Under the pieces are notes generated by a model that had not been told where the DNA came from, did no database searches, and saw only the letters and a program-made list of their open reading frames with translations. A program made the position numbers and the translations under genes. From Candidatus Hydrogenedentota bacterium (lineage in GTDB: Bacteria; Hydrogenedentota; Hydrogenedentia; Hydrogenedentales; SLHB01), in assembly GCA_963745075.1 (NCBI GenBank), contig CAVUWV010000031.1, forward strand, positions 64,001 to 128,000: DNA of 64,000 bases. Direction: 5' to 3'. Positions 49,960 to 60,465 of this stretch are shown piece after piece. Every line of letters begins with the position of its first letter. The stretch's first letter is position 1.

Positions 49960-50916
49960 ATGAGAGCTACTATTGTTGTTTTACTTTCGATTACGTTTTT
50001 ATGGATATCCGCGCTGGCGCAGGAAGAAACCTACGCAGAGAAATTGGGCTGGCCCACGGGGGCCCGTGTGCTGATGATTCACGCCGATGACGGCGGCATG
50101 TCGCATGCCTCGAATCTGGGAATCATCTCCTCGTTGGAGGCCGGAACCGTCACGTCGGTCAGCATCATGATGCCGTGCTCGTGGGTACCGGAGTTTGCCG
50201 CGTACGTAAAGGCGCATCCACAAGTCGACGCCGGCGTTCATCTCACGTATACGGCCGAGTGGGATCCATACCGGTGGGCTCCGGTCGCGGGTCGCAGCGT
50301 CGTACCGGGTCTGGTCGATGCCATGGGATACATGCACGACAACGTCGGGGAAGTGGTCCAACACGCCACGCCGGACGAAGTCGAAACGGAACTGCGCGCG
50401 CAGATTGCGCTCGCGGAGAAGATGGGAATCCCGATCACGCATATTGATTCGCACATGGGAACGCTCTTTGCGAAACCGGAGTACTTTGAGCGCTACATGA
50501 AGGTCAGTATCGAGAAACACATCCCGCTGCTGGTAGCAGGCGGCCGCGGTGCAATTGTGCAGAAAGAAGATGCGGAATCGTACGAGCGATTGCAGCCCTT
50601 CGTGAAGCAGATTTGGGATGCGGGCCTTCCCGTTCTCGATGACATCGATACCCGGAGTTACTCCTGGAAGACGGCCGACAAGACGGCCGATTACGTCGCC
50701 ATGATCCGCGACCTGAAGCCGGGCATCACCTGGTTCAATTGTCACCCCACCGCGCCGACGGAAGAGGCGAAGACCATTACGAACAACCGTGAGTTGCTCT
50801 GGGGAGACTACAACGCGCTGAAGGACCCCGCGGTGAAAAAGGCGATTGAAGAAGAAGGGATCATTCTGACAACCTGGCGCGAACTCCAAGAGCGTCGCGA
50901 CGCGTTGGGGAAATAG
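49960..50916 (+). CDS. Secreted ChbG/YdjC-family carbohydrate deacetylase
   Basis: IHADDGG; GVHLT; ELRAQI; THIDSHMG; HP. Confidence 0.88.
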   Translation: MRATIVVLLSITFLWISALAQEETYAEKLGWPTGARVLMIHADDGGMSHASNLGIISSLEAGTVTSVSIMMPCSWVPEFAAYVKAHPQVDAGVHLTYTAEWDPYRWAPVAGRSVVPGLVDAMGYMHDNVGEVVQHATPDEVETELRAQIALAEKMGIPITHIDSHMGTLFAKPEYFERYMKVSIEKHIPLLVAGGRGAIVQKEDAESYERLQPFVKQIWDAGLPVLDDIDTRSYSWKTADKTADYVAMIRDLKPGITWFNCHPTAPTEEAKTITNNRELLWGDYNALKDPAVKKAIEEEGIILTTWRELQERRDALGK

Positions 50917-50917
50917 C

Positions 50918-50949
50918 GGCAAACGCCGTTGCGCGTTTCGCCTTTCTTT
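50918..50949 (+). terminator. Probable terminator
   Basis: Bulged stem GGCAAACGC/GCGTTTCGCC followed by TTTCTTT. Confidence 0.45.
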
Positions 50950-51042
50950 GCGAGAATGGGGTGAATGGGGCTCCTGTAAATTGAACATTGAATGTACAAT
51001 TTGCAGGAGCTATAACTCCGAGCCCGGCCCGGAATCGGCGTG

Positions 51043-51561
51043 TTATTCCTGCACGTGCTTCCGAATCTCGTCGAATACCCTTCGGACGTTCCCGGCGGGA
51101 TGGGCGAGACGGCTTACGACCAGCTTTCGCCCATCTTTCAAGGCAAAATACGAGCCTATCAAATGGTTCTCACGACTCCGCGGGATATCGATTGCACTGA
51201 AGGGTACCGCTTCGGATTGAGCGATCGTGAACGGACTTCCTTTCACGGGACCGCAGATCGACGTTGCGTCGATGAAGATATCGAGCCGGTCACCGGGTCC
51301 ACGCAGCGCCGGCCAGATTGGAAAATCTGCGAATGCCCCGAACGCCAACCCCGCGAGAAGGATTGCGGCAATCGGAACGAACGGCGCCAACACTGCGAGA
51401 AACAGCACGGTACCCACTCCGGTCGCGATTAGATATCGGGCGCGGTTCGCTCGCAAATAGACCACTGCTTTGCGTCCTCTCGACGAGGTCGAGTCGTAAC
51501 TTCGCCCCCGTGCTGCTCCGCATTTTATCAGACCCAAGCAGAAATACAATCCCCCCCCCAT
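51043..51561 (-). CDS. Hypothetical membrane protein, start uncertain
   Basis: Two hydrophobic helices then a small soluble domain; fills an intergenic gap. Confidence 0.45.
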   Translation of the reverse strand: MGGGLYFCLGLIKCGAARGRSYDSTSSRGRKAVVYLRANRARYLIATGVGTVLFLAVLAPFVPIAAILLAGLAFGAFADFPIWPALRGPGDRLDIFIDATSICGPVKGSPFTIAQSEAVPFSAIDIPRSRENHLIGSYFALKDGRKLVVSRLAHPAGNVRRVFDEIRKHVQE

Positions 51562-51617
51562 TCCTGCTATACTTTGTGAATCTATGCTTTTCCATGTACA
51601 GGGGATACGGTAAGACT

Positions 51618-52382
51618 ATGTCGAACATTATGCAACAACTGGTAGATATGTCTCGGTATTTGGGCGACCCGGCGAAGGGATACGCCATGCTCGGGGAGGG
51701 GAACACCTCGGCCCGGATCGACGGCGATTCCTTCTGCGTAAAAGCCTCGGGGACAACACTTTCAACCATTGACGAGAGTGGTTTTGTCGCCGTTTCGATC
51801 TCGAAAGTAACCGCCATATTGGACGATCCGTCCGCGGGCGATGAAGATGTTTCGCGGGTCTTCCAGGAGGCGTTGCTCGACCCGAGCGAGAAGCGGCGTC
51901 CGTCCGTGGAAGCCATGCTTCACGCCATCCTCTTGCAGGTGCCGGAGTACAGCTTTATCGGCCACACGCACCCTGTCTACACCAATGCCATTCTGTGCTC
52001 GAAGATGGCGGAAGAAGCGGTCGCAGGGCGCATTTTCCCGGACCAGGTCGTGTCCATGAAGCACAAGTCGGTCTGGATTCCCTATGTGGATCCCGGTTTG
52101 GTGCTCGCCCGCGAGGTGAAGCAACGGTTCGACCGGTACGTGGAAGAGGAGGGTGTGCTCCCGTCGGCGATTCTCATGCAAAACCACGGACTGATTACCA
52201 TGGGGGCTACCCCGAAAGCGGTAACCAGTTGCACGGACATGGCGGAAAAGTCGTCGCAGATTATTGTGGGAACCTATGCTCTCGGCGGACCCCGGTTTAT
52301 GGAACCGCACGACGTGGATCGTATCTTCACCCGGCCCGACGAGCATTACCGTTTGGGCAGTATTGCAGGCCGGAAATCGTAA
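51618..52382 (+). CDS. Class II aldolase/adducin-family protein
   Basis: GEGNTS; KASG; RPSVE..LH; HTHP; MQNHG. Confidence 0.88.
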   Translation: MSNIMQQLVDMSRYLGDPAKGYAMLGEGNTSARIDGDSFCVKASGTTLSTIDESGFVAVSISKVTAILDDPSAGDEDVSRVFQEALLDPSEKRRPSVEAMLHAILLQVPEYSFIGHTHPVYTNAILCSKMAEEAVAGRIFPDQVVSMKHKSVWIPYVDPGLVLAREVKQRFDRYVEEEGVLPSAILMQNHGLITMGATPKAVTSCTDMAEKSSQIIVGTYALGGPRFMEPHDVDRIFTRPDEHYRLGSIAGRKS

Positions 52383-52485
52383 TTCGGATCGATCGCGCGC
52401 GGATGCCCATGGTTCGAGAAACCGGTTCCGTTTTAGCGGGTGAACCGCAACGCAGCAGATTGCAAATCAACGCAGCGGAAGATGG

Positions 52486-52508
52486 ATTCCCGCGTTCGCG
52501 GGAATGAC
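52486..52508. repeat. Short palindrome ATTCCCGC-GTTC-GCGGGAAT(GAC)
   Basis: Perfect hairpin in an intergenic gap of an operon. Confidence 0.6.
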
Positions 52509-52576
52509 GGGTACTCGGCCCATTTGTGGTTGGGCGCCCGCATCTGACGCGCATCCTCGTGATAAGGAGACATCGC

Positions 52577-54195
52577 GTGTCTACATTGGAGAAGTATCGC
52601 AAAGCCGACGGCCCGATGCCCGGCAACTACGACGCCTGGCAGGTGTTCGGCGCCGGCATCGAGAATGTGGGAAGAGACGGAAAGCCCGTGAACCTGGAAC
52701 TGCGACCGCCCCAGGATAACGAGATCGTGCTGCGCGTGGACGCGTTGGGGCTCTGTCAGTCCGACATCAAGATTATCAATCAAGGCAGCAAGCACGCGCG
52801 CTTGCGGGGCCGGGACCTCGCCAAAGAACCGACGGTGCTCGGCCACGAATGCGCGGCCACGGTCGTGAAAGTCGGATCGCAGTGGAAGGGCAAGTTTAAC
52901 GTCGGCGAGCGATACATCGTTCAGGCGGACATCTACTATAAGGGACTTGGGTACGCCTTCGGATATCTTATCCCGGGGGGCCTGGCGCAGTACTGCTACC
53001 TGGATGAACGTGCCCTGGATGGCGACGAGGGATGTTATCTGCTTCCGGTGAAGCCGGAAACCGGATACAGTCAGGCCGCCTTGTCCGAACCGTGGGCCTG
53101 TGTCGAGATGTCGTACAACCTCAAGGAGCGCATGGCGCCGGCCGGCGGAAACGTCATCCTCGATCGTGACGGATGTCGATGGCGATGCATTCCGTTCGGA
53201 GTATCCGGGCGCCCAGATTCTGTCGCGGTCACTTGATGGGTTGGAGGAGGGCCAGCAGTTCGACGACATTATCGTTGCCCCTCCCGTCAGCCGACCTCGT
53301 AAACGACCTGGCTCCCCGGCTGAAGAAGGATGGGGTGATGTACCTGCTAGGGTTCCCGTCGGGTGACGGGGCCGCATCGCTGGATATTGGTCGCATACAC
53401 TATGAAGGCGTACGCTTCTACGGCGGTGGCACGGACTTGCAGGCGGTCCAGCAGGCAAACTCACGGCACGATCTGCTACCCGGCGGGGAAGCCCTATTCC
53501 TCGGTGCGGGCGGGCCGATGGGCCAAATGCACGTGCAGCGCGCTATCGAGATCTCGAGCGGTCCCAACCTCGTCGTAGTTACCGACCTGGACCGCGCGCG
53601 CCTCGACCATATCGAGCGCCGATTTGGCGACCTGGCGAAACACCGCGGGGTGAAACTGGTCACGTTGGCGCCCAGCGAGTTCGAGTCGCAAGAGGCCATG
53701 GACGAGAAGATCAACGGCTTGGCGACCGGCGGATATGACGACGTGGTGGTTATGGCGCCGGTGGCGGCGCTGGTGCCGGCGGCCATGGCGTATGCGGCGG
53801 ATAATGCCGTATTGAACGTGTTCGCGGGTGTCGGCCTAGGGAAGTGCGCGGACATTCAGCTCAAAGACCTTTGCCGGGGCATCAAGATCATCGGGTCGAG
53901 CGGTTCGCGCATCAGCGACCTGCGCAAGGTGCTGCAAATGGTCGAGGCCGGCGAACTGAATACCAACCTCAGTATTGCCGCGGTCGGCGGATTGAATGCC
54001 GCGCGCGAAGGGTTGGAAGGCGTCAATGAGGCGCGCTTCCCCGGTAAGACGGTCATCTATACACAAATCCCGGATCTTCCCCTGATGCCGGTGGAAGACG
54101 TGGAGGAGCGTGTCCCCGAATTGAAGGGCAAACTGGGGCCGCATGCGGCCTGGACCAAAGAGGCGGAAGAAGCCTTGTTGGAGAAATACGTCTGA
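52577..54195 (+). CDS. MDR-family Zn dehydrogenase, L-sorbose-1-phosphate reductase-like; two frameshifts near 53160 and 53280
   Basis: TAAGGAG then GTG 52577; GLCQSD, LGHE, AL.EPWACV, GAGGPMG; coding signal passes through three frames. Confidence 0.75.
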
Positions 54196-54983
54196 TGGGC
54201 CGATTGGAAAACAAGCGCGCCGTCGTGACCGGCGCCGCGCAAGGGTTGGGCGCTGCCATCGTGGAGCGATTGGCTCGGGAAGGCTGTGACGTTGTCGCAT
54301 GGGATCTGAACGCGGAAACCGTGGCGGAGACCGCATCCCGTGCCGCCAAGGTAAGCGGACGGAATGTCCTGAGCGACACGGTTGACGTGTGCGATGCGGT
54401 GGCCGTTCACGGCGCGATGGATCGCGCGGCAAAGCGAATCGGCGGCATGGACCTTCTGGTGTCCAATGCGGGGATCCTGATTTCAGGGGATTCCATTGAT
54501 ATCGACGCGGCGAAATGGCGCAAGGTCATCGATGTGAACTTGACAGGGTATTTCCTATGCGCACGCGAAGCGGCGCGGGTAATGCTCGCGGGGGGCGGCG
54601 GATCGATCGTTCAGATCAATTCCAAGTCCGGGAAGAAGGGCAGCTTCAAGAATAGCGCCTACGCCGCATCGAAGTTCGGCGGGATCGGGGTTACGCAAAG
54701 CCTGGCGCTGGAATTCGCCGACCGCGGAATCCGCGTCAACTCGATCTGCCCGGGGAACCTGCTCGATTCGCCCTTGTGGGTCAACAGCCTTTTCAAACAA
54801 TACGCGGCAAACCAAGGCATTACGGAAGCGGAAGTGCGGCAAAAATACGTGGACCAGGTCCCGATGAAGCGTGGATGCACCTATGACGACGTGACGAATG
54901 TGGTCGTATTCCTGGCTTCCGAGAATTCGTCGTATATGACCGGTCAGGCCATTAACGTAACGGGTGGCCAGGAAATGCGATAA
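54195..54983 (+). CDS. srlD: Sorbitol-6-phosphate 2-dehydrogenase (SDR)
   Basis: TGAAQGLG; INSKSGKKGS..NSAYAASKFGG; PGNLLDSPL; V.QKYVD.VP.KRGC. Confidence 0.85.
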   Translation: MGRLENKRAVVTGAAQGLGAAIVERLAREGCDVVAWDLNAETVAETASRAAKVSGRNVLSDTVDVCDAVAVHGAMDRAAKRIGGMDLLVSNAGILISGDSIDIDAAKWRKVIDVNLTGYFLCAREAARVMLAGGGGSIVQINSKSGKKGSFKNSAYAASKFGGIGVTQSLALEFADRGIRVNSICPGNLLDSPLWVNSLFKQYAANQGITEAEVRQKYVDQVPMKRGCTYDDVTNVVVFLASENSSYMTGQAINVTGGQEMR

Positions 54984-55125
54984 CCGTCGAAACAAACGTC
55001 CCAAGCGATTTCCGTTCAGTCACTTACAGACGTCCGATTCCCGCGTATTCGCCAAAATCCAAGTCCTGTGGTACCATTTGGCATGGGACCGGCTGACCGT
55101 GACACCGAAGGAGGTCACGAAGCCG

Positions 55126-56271
55126 ATGCGTGTTGAACATACTGCGCGAAAAGCTGCGCCATTTTTTCTTCAATTCCGGCCCCGGACGGGATACCACAAT
55201 GAGATCTGGACCGTTCGGATGGACGGCGACCTTCTCACCTTAATGAAGCCCGGCGACAAGTGCGTCATGCACCTGCATCGGGAAGAGGCGGCGCGGTATC
55301 TGAAGTTCTCCTACGATCTCTTCCGGGGACGAACCATTACCTTTCACGTGATCGAGGGCATGAAGAGCTACTCGTTCCCTTGCACGAAAGTGCAGATGCA
55401 CAAGCTCGTCAATTGGATGCCGCATAAAGAGACGTTGGAGATCGCCAAAGAAGTTCGCGTATCGGGTCTTGCCATCCTGCTCTTCGGCGTTCTGCATCTG
55501 TTGCTTTCCGGGAATGTCTGGTTCGGCTGGGGAATCGCCTTGCTCGGACTCGGGATCTCCGGCATCTGCGCTCCCAAGCGCGGACTGTATGGTTCCAACG
55601 GCGCACTCTTGCTCGCGGCCGGTCTGGGAGACCTTGCGGCCTCGTCGACCACGCAGGTCTCGCCCGGAAGCGCTGTTTTCGATCCCGCCCTCATTCCGAT
55701 GGCGGTGGGACTCATGCTTGTCATCTGGGGAATCCATCAATTGTCTATGCTGGGACCCAATCAACTGCTTCGCGTGGCCCGGGCGATCCGGGATCGCCGA
55801 GCGCGGGTGGCGCCGGTCCATTCCAAAGTGGTGCGGCAGATTGCGATCTGGAATCTTGTTGGGGGTTTCGGATTCGCAGGATGTGCCCTGTTGATTTGGG
55901 CGTATCAATTGGGTTCTTCCGACGGACCATTGTTTGCCACATCCGAGTGGAGTCCCGATCTGGCTATCTTCATCGGATTGGCGGCCATTTCATTTCTCTC
56001 GGCGGTCTTGCTGTTCCTTCGGTCGCGCCCGGCCTACTTCGAAGCCAAGGTTTCGGCGCAGACCTTGCTGGCCATCATCATCCTGGCGATGTGGGGATTC
56101 GCGGCCAGTTATATGGCTGACCGGCCGCTGACGGCTTTCGGCAACACGTTTTCGCTGGATCGCGTGGCCTACGCGCCCGTAGCCTGGGTGCTGCTCATTC
56201 TCTGGATCTCGGTTTTCAACCGGTGGTACGGACAAGCCGTGGACCGGGAATTGGAGGAACAACGGGACTGA
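55126..56271 (+). CDS. Hypothetical multi-pass membrane protein
   Basis: GGAGG RBS; soluble N-terminus then about 8 hydrophobic helices. Confidence 0.65.
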   Translation: MRVEHTARKAAPFFLQFRPRTGYHNEIWTVRMDGDLLTLMKPGDKCVMHLHREEAARYLKFSYDLFRGRTITFHVIEGMKSYSFPCTKVQMHKLVNWMPHKETLEIAKEVRVSGLAILLFGVLHLLLSGNVWFGWGIALLGLGISGICAPKRGLYGSNGALLLAAGLGDLAASSTTQVSPGSAVFDPALIPMAVGLMLVIWGIHQLSMLGPNQLLRVARAIRDRRARVAPVHSKVVRQIAIWNLVGGFGFAGCALLIWAYQLGSSDGPLFATSEWSPDLAIFIGLAAISFLSAVLLFLRSRPAYFEAKVSAQTLLAIIILAMWGFAASYMADRPLTAFGNTFSLDRVAYAPVAWVLLILWISVFNRWYGQAVDRELEEQRD

Positions 56272-56423
56272 CCCGCTGATACGCATCGTCCGGCCAGTAC
56301 TATTCCACGGCCCCGGCGTTACTATTTGCGCCGGGGCTTGTCTTTTGCCTTCGCCGCATGCGATAACGCTTTATTGTGCGTTTTGGACGTTACGTACCCA
56401 ATCCAGGTATATGAGGTGCAATC

Positions 56424-57709
56424 ATGTGGAGAATTTCAGGAATTACAGGATGTATCGCGGTCGCGATGGTGTGTGCCATGGTGTATTCAACTGACGCGAG
56501 CGCCGAGTTGCGCGCGGGGATTGCGAGCCGCGTGGTCACGCCCGATCCATTGCTCCCCGTTTCGGGCGGGGTTGGCACGCCGGAACCGACAAACAAGAAA
56601 CTGGGCGAACTGGAGGTTCGCGCCCTGGTGCTGGATCAAGATGGCACCCGCGTGGCCATCGTGAGCGTACCGTTTCTAGGCTTTCCGGGCGTGCTCATCG
56701 ACCGGGTCCGCGCGCAAGTGGGGGGATCCCGCCCGAGAACATCATGGTCGGTTCGACGCATGCCCACAGCGCACCGGACATGTATGCGTTTCCCGACGGC
56801 AAAGGCGGCACCCACGCCGACCTCGATTACATCGACCACGTGTGCAATGAAACCGCGTCTGCGATTGACGAGGCGTTGAAGACCGCGAAGAATGCCGGTG
56901 TCAAGATCAATACGGACAAAGCAGCGGAGCACATCGCGTACAATTACTACGCGCCGAATCTTTACGACCGCCGCTGCAACGTGATGCAATTCATCGGCAA
57001 CGACGGCAAGCCCATTGCGACTTTGGTCAACTACGCTATCCATCCCGAGATAATCGGCCCGGATCAGGGCATTCTCAGCCCGGATCTCGTTGGGCCGCTG
57101 TATGACCGGATAGCCGAAAAGGGCGGTGGCGTAGGCATCTTCATGAACAGCGCCCAGGGCGGCATGGTGACGGCGGACTGTCGCGGGGAAGACGGCAAGG
57201 ACATTCAGACGTGGGAAGAATGCCACCGGATCGGTAACCTATTGGCGGACGAAGCGTTGCGCATCATTGCGGATGCGCCGGTCCAGAAGGACCCCAAGCT
57301 GTACTGTGCAGCCAAGAAGGTGACGTTTCCCATTGATTCCCCGATGATGCAGGCGATCTTCAAGAATTCGCCCTTGAACTACGGGGTGGACACGAACGTG
57401 GCGGTGACGCAAGTAAACCTGGTGAATTTGGGAAATGCGCAGATTCTGACGATCCCCGGCGAGGCCTTGCCGAATATAGGCTTTTATCTGAAGCGAAAGA
57501 TGCATGGCGAGTACAACTTCCTCTTTGGGCTGACGAACGACGCGTTTGGCTATATCCTGACACCGGAAGATTTTGACAGCTTTGACCGGTACGACTACGT
57601 TTCGCGAACGAGTCTGGGAGAAATGACGGGGGCAATTTACATCAAAGAGGCACTTGCACTTGCGGATGCCAGTCCCCGGCCGGAGGGCGCGACGGCCGCC
57701 GGAGGATGA
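56424..57709 (+). CDS. Secreted neutral-ceramidase-like hydrolase, frameshifted at a G6 run (56720-56725)
   Basis: VTP; L.VRALVL; STHAHSAPD; NYAIHPE; IPGE; GYIL. Confidence 0.72.
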
Positions 57710-57745
57710 CCGTGGCTGATTAAGCCATTTGGCAAAAACAACTTG

Positions 57746-57778
57746 GGACCTACACGCGCGACGGGTAGGTCCTTTTTT
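57746..57778 (+). terminator. Rho-independent terminator
   Basis: GGACCTAC/GTAGGTCC stem followed by T6. Confidence 0.8.
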
Positions 57779-57818
57779 GTACGGGTATGCCGCTGGTAGA
57801 TCCTTGCCTGTCGAAAGC

Positions 57819-57846
57819 TAAAGATCTGCCGCCGATCTTCCGATAA
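57819..57846 (+). promoter_or_regulatory. Sigma-28 (FliA/SigD)-type promoter
   Basis: TAAA-N16-TCCGATAA vs consensus TAAA-N15-GCCGATAA. Confidence 0.55.
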
Positions 57847-57902
57847 TAGCTTTAGAACGGATTCTACGAAGTGGCACCAGCGTCCGGATAAGGAGGTCCA
57901 CG

Positions 57903-58085
57903 ATGGCTGGTATACCTGAAATCGGCGGTGTATCCGCCCCTATCAGCCAAGTCCAGTATCAGGCTCGAGTGTACGCCCGGCAGGAACAGGCCGTAAAGGA
58001 TGTGGGAACGGCGGCGTTAAACCTGATCCGCGCACTGGTTTCCATCGATCCAGCCGTGGGCCAGAATCTGAACGTCATCGCGTAG
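57903..58085 (+). CDS. Small YjfB-like (putative motility) protein
   Basis: Perfect TAAGGAGGT RBS; C-terminal A.NLI...P..GQNLN..A pattern. Confidence 0.65.
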   Translation: MAGIPEIGGVSAPISQVQYQARVYARQEQAVKDVGTAALNLIRALVSIDPAVGQNLNVIA

Positions 58086-58203
58086 TCGAGCTTCTGACCC
58101 GTCTGCAAGCCGCGCAGCACCCCCGGCAACCTTCCATTGCGTGTCACTCTCTTTACGAATCATACTCGTGCAAGGATTGTTTACGCATGGAGCGCAAAAC
58201 ACG

Positions 58204-58572
58204 ATGTCCCGATTTGGCGTATCCCCGGAAAAGGAAGCCGAACTGCTGAGACGGATGGCGGCTTGCGGCCTAACCGAACAGGAGATTGAGGAGCAGTTCG
58301 TGCGGAGCGGCGGCGCGGGCGGTCAACACGTGAATAAGACATCGACCTGCGTATACTTACGGCATGTGCCGACGGGTCTGGAAGTTAAGATGCAGCGCAC
58401 ACGGTCCCAGGCACTGAACCGATTTTACGCGCGCAGAAGATTGTGCGAACTGCTCGAGGCGCAACAATTGGGCACGGCAAGTCCCGAAGCCCGACGCGCC
58501 GCGCGGGTTCGGAAACAGAAGGAACGCCGTAAGCGGCGGAATCGGAATGCAACGCGTCCGTCGTCGGAGTAG
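58204..58572 (+). CDS. GGQ peptidyl-tRNA hydrolase domain protein (ArfB-like rescue factor)
   Basis: FVRSGGAGGQHVNKT; RSQ..NR..A; basic C-terminal tail. Confidence 0.85.
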   Translation: MSRFGVSPEKEAELLRRMAACGLTEQEIEEQFVRSGGAGGQHVNKTSTCVYLRHVPTGLEVKMQRTRSQALNRFYARRRLCELLEAQQLGTASPEARRAARVRKQKERRKRRNRNATRPSSE

Positions 58573-58578
58573 CGATTG

Positions 58579-59312
58579 CTACGACGTGGGTTCTTCGGCG
58601 GTGGGTTCCGGGGCTGATGCCGGATCCTCGGGAGAATGCCACGCCTCGCTGGGCCAGTCCTTGCTCACGAGGTCGTTGCGCTTGAGGTAGTAGGCCAACT
58701 CCGCGAGCCCCACCGAGATGTGCTCATGCCGGACGAAAACATCCTCCCGCACGGCGAGGCTGGTGGGTGCAAAGTTCCAGATGGCGCGTATTCCCGTCGC
58801 CACAAGGCGGTCCGCCAGCGCTTGTGCGGCTTCGGCGGGGACGGTCAGAATCGCCATGTTAACATCGTGTCGCTGAATAACGGCTTCCAGATTGTCCACC
58901 GACTGAACCAACACTCCGCCCATGACGGAGCCAACGCGCTTCTCGTCCGAATCAAACATCGCCACGATGTACAAACCGTATTTTGTAAATCCCGAATACG
59001 AGACGAGCGCGCCGCCGAGGCGTCCGGCGCCCACGACCACGGTCTTATACATGTCGTTGAACCCGAGGACTTCGCGGATGCGGCCTTTCAGTTCGGCGAT
59101 GCTGAACCCGACGCGGGGACGCCCACGCACCCCGATGGCAGCGAGATCCTTGCGGACCAGTGTGTCGTCCATATCGAGGAGCTGGGCGATGTGGGCGCTG
59201 GACACCCAACCGGAAGCCCGATGGGGATCTGTTCCCCGACAAGATGGTAATAGTGCATAAGCCGTTCCAAAACCAACTGGTTAAGGACCGGCCCTTTTGC
59301 CTTTTTGGACAT
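58579..59312 (-). CDS. rex: Redox-sensing repressor Rex, frameshifted near 59225
   Basis: ERL..YY; VSS..IA......VRKDL; VGAGRLG.AL; AILTVP; IWNFAP. Confidence 0.88.
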
Positions 59313-59403
59313 GCCGATGAGCCTCCTACCACAACATGGTATCATCTTTGCTAGGGTCAGATACAGTCGCGATATTCCGGATGAATCGACACCTGGAATT
59401 TGC

Positions 59404-60465
59404 CTAATTGGGACCGGTTTTGAGTCTCCCGCCCGGTCCGGCGCCAAGGGAGCGGCCCAAGGCCTGAATGCGACCCTGAAGGCAGACGCGGCACTCCTCC
59501 GACGCTTCCTGAATGCAGGCTTTGGACGGATAAATTTGATACAAGACCCGGTACTTGGGAGGGGTCATGTTTGGCATGACGACATTCGCGCCTCGTTGAA
59601 GCCCCAGTTCCCGGCCGCTGGCGAGATTCAGCGTCGCCAAGGCGGTGGTGCTGGGGATATTGGCCTGAGGACACATCAAACGGGTGAGGGCGACGACTTT
59701 GTAGGTCATGAGTTCGGTGTTGGGGACTTGATGCGCGGGTTCGAGCGGCCGGACGGCCGACCCAGCACCCAACGGGGTGTCGGGATGCGAGATGTAGGGC
59801 CCGACGCCGACCATATCGAGGTCGAGGCTCCGGAACGTGTCGATATCGTTCGCGAGGCTCTCGTAGGACTGGCCCGGAATCCCGATCATGACCCCGCTGC
59901 CGGTTTCGTAACCAAGTTCCCGAAGCCGACCGAGGATTTGAAGGCGGTCGGTGGCGGGGCGCGCGGGATGGGGCGGGTGAATCAGCCCAAACAAGTCCGG
60001 GTCGGACGTCTCGAAGCGAAGGAGATAGCGGTCCGCGCCGGCCTCGCGCCACAATGCCAGGTCTTCATCGGGGCGTTCCCCCATGCTCAGTGTCACGGCA
60101 AGCGGCGTTTCGGCTTTGATGAGACGGACGATATCCGCAAGCCACTCGGCTTCGATGCCGTAATCTTCGCCCGCTTGCAGCACCGTCGTGCCGTATCCGT
60201 AACGCGCCGCTTCATGGGCACAGGCCAGGATTTCGTCGGCCGTCATCCGGTAGCGTTCGAGATCCTGGTTTGCCGCGCGGAGTCCGCAGTACCCGCATTG
60301 GCGGCTGCAATAGTTGGAGATTTCGACCAGGCCGCGCAGGTGAACCGCGTCGCCGACGTTTTCGCGCCGGACTCGGTCGGCCCAGTTCCAGAGTTCCTGG
60401 AGCTTTCCGGGGCGATCCTCGCGAAGCCAGTGGAGGATCAGGTCTCTGGTCAACGATTCAGTCAT
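59404..60465 (-). CDS. hydE: [FeFe]-hydrogenase maturase HydE (radical SAM)
   Basis: RGLVEISNYC...C.YCGLR; YLLRFET; GPYI.HPDTPL; GANVVMPN.TP..YR..Y.IY. Confidence 0.93.
   Translation of the reverse strand: MTESLTRDLILHWLREDRPGKLQELWNWADRVRRENVGDAVHLRGLVEISNYCSRQCGYCGLRAANQDLERYRMTADEILACAHEAARYGYGTTVLQAGEDYGIEAEWLADIVRLIKAETPLAVTLSMGERPDEDLALWREAGADRYLLRFETSDPDLFGLIHPPHPARPATDRLQILGRLRELGYETGSGVMIGIPGQSYESLANDIDTFRSLDLDMVGVGPYISHPDTPLGAGSAVRPLEPAHQVPNTELMTYKVVALTRLMCPQANIPSTTALATLNLASGRELGLQRGANVVMPNMTPPKYRVLYQIYPSKACIQEASEECRVCLQGRIQALGRSLGAGPGGRLKTGPN

Noticed and set aside
51574..51591. TTGTGAA as a Rex operator
   Set aside because: The second half-site (TTCACAA) is missing.
58204..58572. 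Fragment of prfA/prfB or a programmed frameshift
   Set aside because: A stand-alone GGQ domain with a basic tail fits a rescue factor; no adjacent release-factor domains.
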